DNA of 64,000 nucleotides from Escherichia coli O127:H6 str. E2348/69 (GTDB lineage Bacteria; Pseudomonadota; Gammaproteobacteria; Enterobacterales; Enterobacteriaceae): NCBI RefSeq assembly GCF_000026545.1, contig NC_011601.1; one strand, 5' to 3'. Shown piece by piece: positions 61,858 to 64,000 of this stretch (position 1 is its first letter; each line of letters starts with the position of its first letter). The notes under the pieces were generated by a model. It saw only the letters and a program-made list of their open reading frames with translations, ran no database searches and was not told where the DNA came from. The position numbers and the translations under genes were made by a program.

Positions 61858-62310
61858 GATGACCGCACGGATAATCAGCGTTATTCCTTCTATCGCAATC
61901 ACCTCAACATGCGTACCAGCGCCGAGATCCTCGCTGGCGCTGACAGGCCATGAACTGTCACCGACGCGCATATGACCGCGCCCGTTGACCAGCGGAGATT
62001 CCAGAACAAAACGTTGGCCAATCAACTGCTGCCCGCGCTGGTTTAAATGACTGTCGCTGTGCTTTTGTTCGCGCACCCGCCGCGACAACCATTTCCACCA
62101 CAGCCAGGCGGCGAGCAGCGTCAGGACGGCAAACATTACCCCTTGCCACTCCCAACCCAGCGGCAGCAACCAGACCACCAGACCGGTAATCACCGCTGCC
62201 ACGCCGCTCCACAACAGATAACCATTGCCGCCCAACATCTCGGCTGCCAGCAGCAAACCGCCGAGACTTAGCCAGAAAATATGTTGATGGACGACCATTA
62301 ACTCCATCAT
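61852..62310 (-). CDS. ybbJ: NfeD-family inner-membrane protein YbbJ
   Basis: 152-aa ORF with N-terminal TM helices and C-terminal OB-fold-like region; start overlaps the qmcA stop by 4 bp. Confidence 0.93.
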   Translation of the reverse strand: MMELMVVHQHIFWLSLGGLLLAAEMLGGNGYLLWSGVAAVITGLVVWLLPLGWEWQGVMFAVLTLLAAWLWWKWLSRRVREQKHSDSHLNQRGQQLIGQRFVLESPLVNGRGHMRVGDSSWPVSASEDLGAGTHVEVIAIEGITLIIRAVIA

Positions 62311-63224
62311 GGCTGAGTCCGTTTGTTGGCGCTGTCTTTCACCAGCTCAGCAATCCCGGCAATCGACCCCATCAGGCTGCTGGCCTCTAATGGCATCATC
62401 ACCACTTTGCTGTTACTGGACGAACCGATCTGCTGTAACGCTTCGGTGTATTTCTGTGCGACGAAGTAGTTCACCGCCTGAATATCGCCGGAGGCGATGG
62501 CTTCAGACACCATTTTGGTGGCGCGGGCTTCTGCTTCAGCGGAACGTTCACGCGCTTCAGCCTGTAAAAACGCCGACTGACGTTCGCCTTCCGCTTTCAG
62601 GATTTGTGACTGTTTTTCACCTTCGGCTTTGAGGATTTCCGCCTGACGGATCCCTTCCGCTTCAAGGATGTAAGCGCGTTTGGTACGTTCCGCTTTCATC
62701 TGCGCGTTCATTGAAGAGATAAGCTCTGCGGGCGGGCGCACATCACGAATTTCAATACGGGTGACTTTAATCCCCCACGGGTTGGTGGCCTCATCGACAA
62801 TATGCAGCAGACGCGAGTTAATGCTGTCGCGCTGAGAGAGCATTTCATCAAGTTCCATTGAACCCAGCACGGTACGGATGTTAGTCATAGTCAGATTGAT
62901 GATTGCCAGCTCCAGATTGCTGACTTCATAAGCCGCGCGCGGCGCGTCAATTACCTGAATAAAGCACACGGCGTCGATGGTAACGTTGGCGTTATCTTTC
63001 GAGATAACTTCCTGGGAAGGGATGTCGAGCACTTGCTCCATCATATTGATCTTGCGACCAATGCGATCCATAAAGGGCACCACCAGGCTTAGACCTGGCT
63101 GTAACGTTTTGGTATAGCGACCAAAGCGTTCTACCGTCCATTGATAGCCCTGCGGCACGATTTTGACGCCCGCGCCGACAATGACCAGCGCGACAAAAAT
63201 GAGAATCGGGATAAAGATAATCAT
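62307..63224 (-). CDS. qmcA: SPFH/stomatin-family protein QmcA (YbbK)
   Basis: 305-aa [49 protein letters not shown]... with SPFH (band-7) domain. Confidence 0.95.
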   Translation of the reverse strand: MIIFIPILIFVALVIVGAGVKIVPQGYQWTVERFGRYTKTLQPGLSLVVPFMDRIGRKINMMEQVLDIPSQEVISKDNANVTIDAVCFIQVIDAPRAAYEVSNLELAIINLTMTNIRTVLGSMELDEMLSQRDSINSRLLHIVDEATNPWGIKVTRIEIRDVRPPAELISSMNAQMKAERTKRAYILEAEGIRQAEILKAEGEKQSQILKAEGERQSAFLQAEARERSAEAEARATKMVSEAIASGDIQAVNYFVAQKYTEALQQIGSSSNSKVVMMPLEASSLMGSIAGIAELVKDSANKRTQP

Positions 63225-63369
63225 CGGAAAAACCTCCTGTTGTACCGTCCATAATCAGCAAAATTGCTGCTTGATTAAACAAATTATACCTGATTACTGA
63301 AAGAGAGTTCCCCCTTATTCCTGCGAAGGATAAACTGTTTTTAGTAAAAATCAGAAAAAGGGAACAGCG

Positions 63370-64000
63370 ATGCAGGAAAATAGTCCTTTGCTTCAGCTAC
63401 AAAACGTAGGATATCTGGCGGGTGATACGAAGATTCTTAATAACATCAATTTTTCGCTGCGTGCTGGCGAATTTAAGTTAATTACCGGTCCTTCTGGTTG
63501 TGGCAAAAGTACACTGCTAAAAATAGTTGCTTCATTGATCAGCCCAACCAGCGGAACGTTACTGTTTGAAGGTGAGGATGTCAGCACACTAAAGCCAGAA
63601 ATCTACCGCCAGCAAGTCTCTTACTGCGCCCAGACGCCGACGCTGTTTGGCGATACGGTATACGATAACCTGATTTTTCCCTGGCAGATCCGTAACCAGC
63701 AGCCTGACCCGGCCATTTTTCTCGATTTTCTTGAACGCTTCGCTTTACCGGACAGCATTTTGACGAAGAATATCGCCGAGCTATCTGGTGGTGAAAAACA
63801 ACGCATCTCATTGATTCGTAACCTGCAATTTATGCCGAAGGTTTTATTGCTCGACGAAATCACCAGTGCGCTGGATGAAAGTAATAAACATAACGTTAAT
63901 GAGATGATCCACCGTTATGTGCGCGAGCAAAATATTGCCGTGCTGTGGGTGACACACGATAAAGACGAAATTAATCATGCGGATAAGGTGATTACACTGC
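63370..64000 (+). CDS. fetA: ABC transporter ATP-binding protein FetA (YbbL), N-terminal part (3' end outside window)
   Basis: Hand translation from ATG 63370: MQENSPLLQLQNVGYLAGDTKILNNINFSLRAGEFKLITGPSGCGKSTLLK... with Walker A and signature LSGGEKQR; absent from the ORF track because no stop lies inside the window. Confidence 0.9.
   Translation, partial: MQENSPLLQLQNVGYLAGDTKILNNINFSLRAGEFKLITGPSGCGKSTLLKIVASLISPTSGTLLFEGEDVSTLKPEIYRQQVSYCAQTPTLFGDTVYDNLIFPWQIRNQQPDPAIFLDFLERFALPDSILTKNIAELSGGEKQRISLIRNLQFMPKVLLLDEITSALDESNKHNVNEMIHRYVREQNIAVLWVTHDKDEINHADKVITL

Overview
This 64-kb window is an Escherichia coli-type chromosomal segment that is collinear, from memory, with the K-12 region clpP'-clpX-lon-hupB-ppiD-ybaV-fadM-queC-ybaE-cof-decR-mdlAB-glnK-amtB-tesB-ybaY-atl-ffs-ybaA-pdeB-ylaC-maa-hha-tomB-acrBA-acrR-mscK-ybaM-priC-ybaN-apt-dnaX-ybaB-recR-htpG-adk-hemH-aes-gsk-ybaL-fsr-ushA-ybaK-chiX-ybaP-ybaQ-copA-glsA-ybaT-cueR-ybbJ-qmcA-fetA'. 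All gene identities come from reading the supplied translations and DNA against remembered protein sequences; no database search was run. Three departures from that backbone stand out. (1) A ~3.3-kb AT-rich block between cueR and ybbJ (58522-61771) that I do not recall in K-12; it encodes a small YadA-anchor trimeric-autotransporter-like protein, a lipoprotein translationally coupled to a small membrane protein, fragmented hypothetical ORFs and a divergent 120-aa ORF. This is the best candidate for an uncharacterised accessory system, but function is not established. (2) A 1550-bp IS50-like (IS4-family) element inserted in the ybaY/atl convergent terminator hairpin, with Tn5-like ends and a diverged transposase. 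(3) An apparent single-base frameshift that splits maa. Two RNA genes (ffs 4.5S RNA, ChiX sRNA), the dnaX programmed -1 frameshift site, a sigma-54 promoter at glnK, the CueR and AcrR operators and several REP/BIME repeats are also visible. No CRISPR array, tRNA or rRNA was found.
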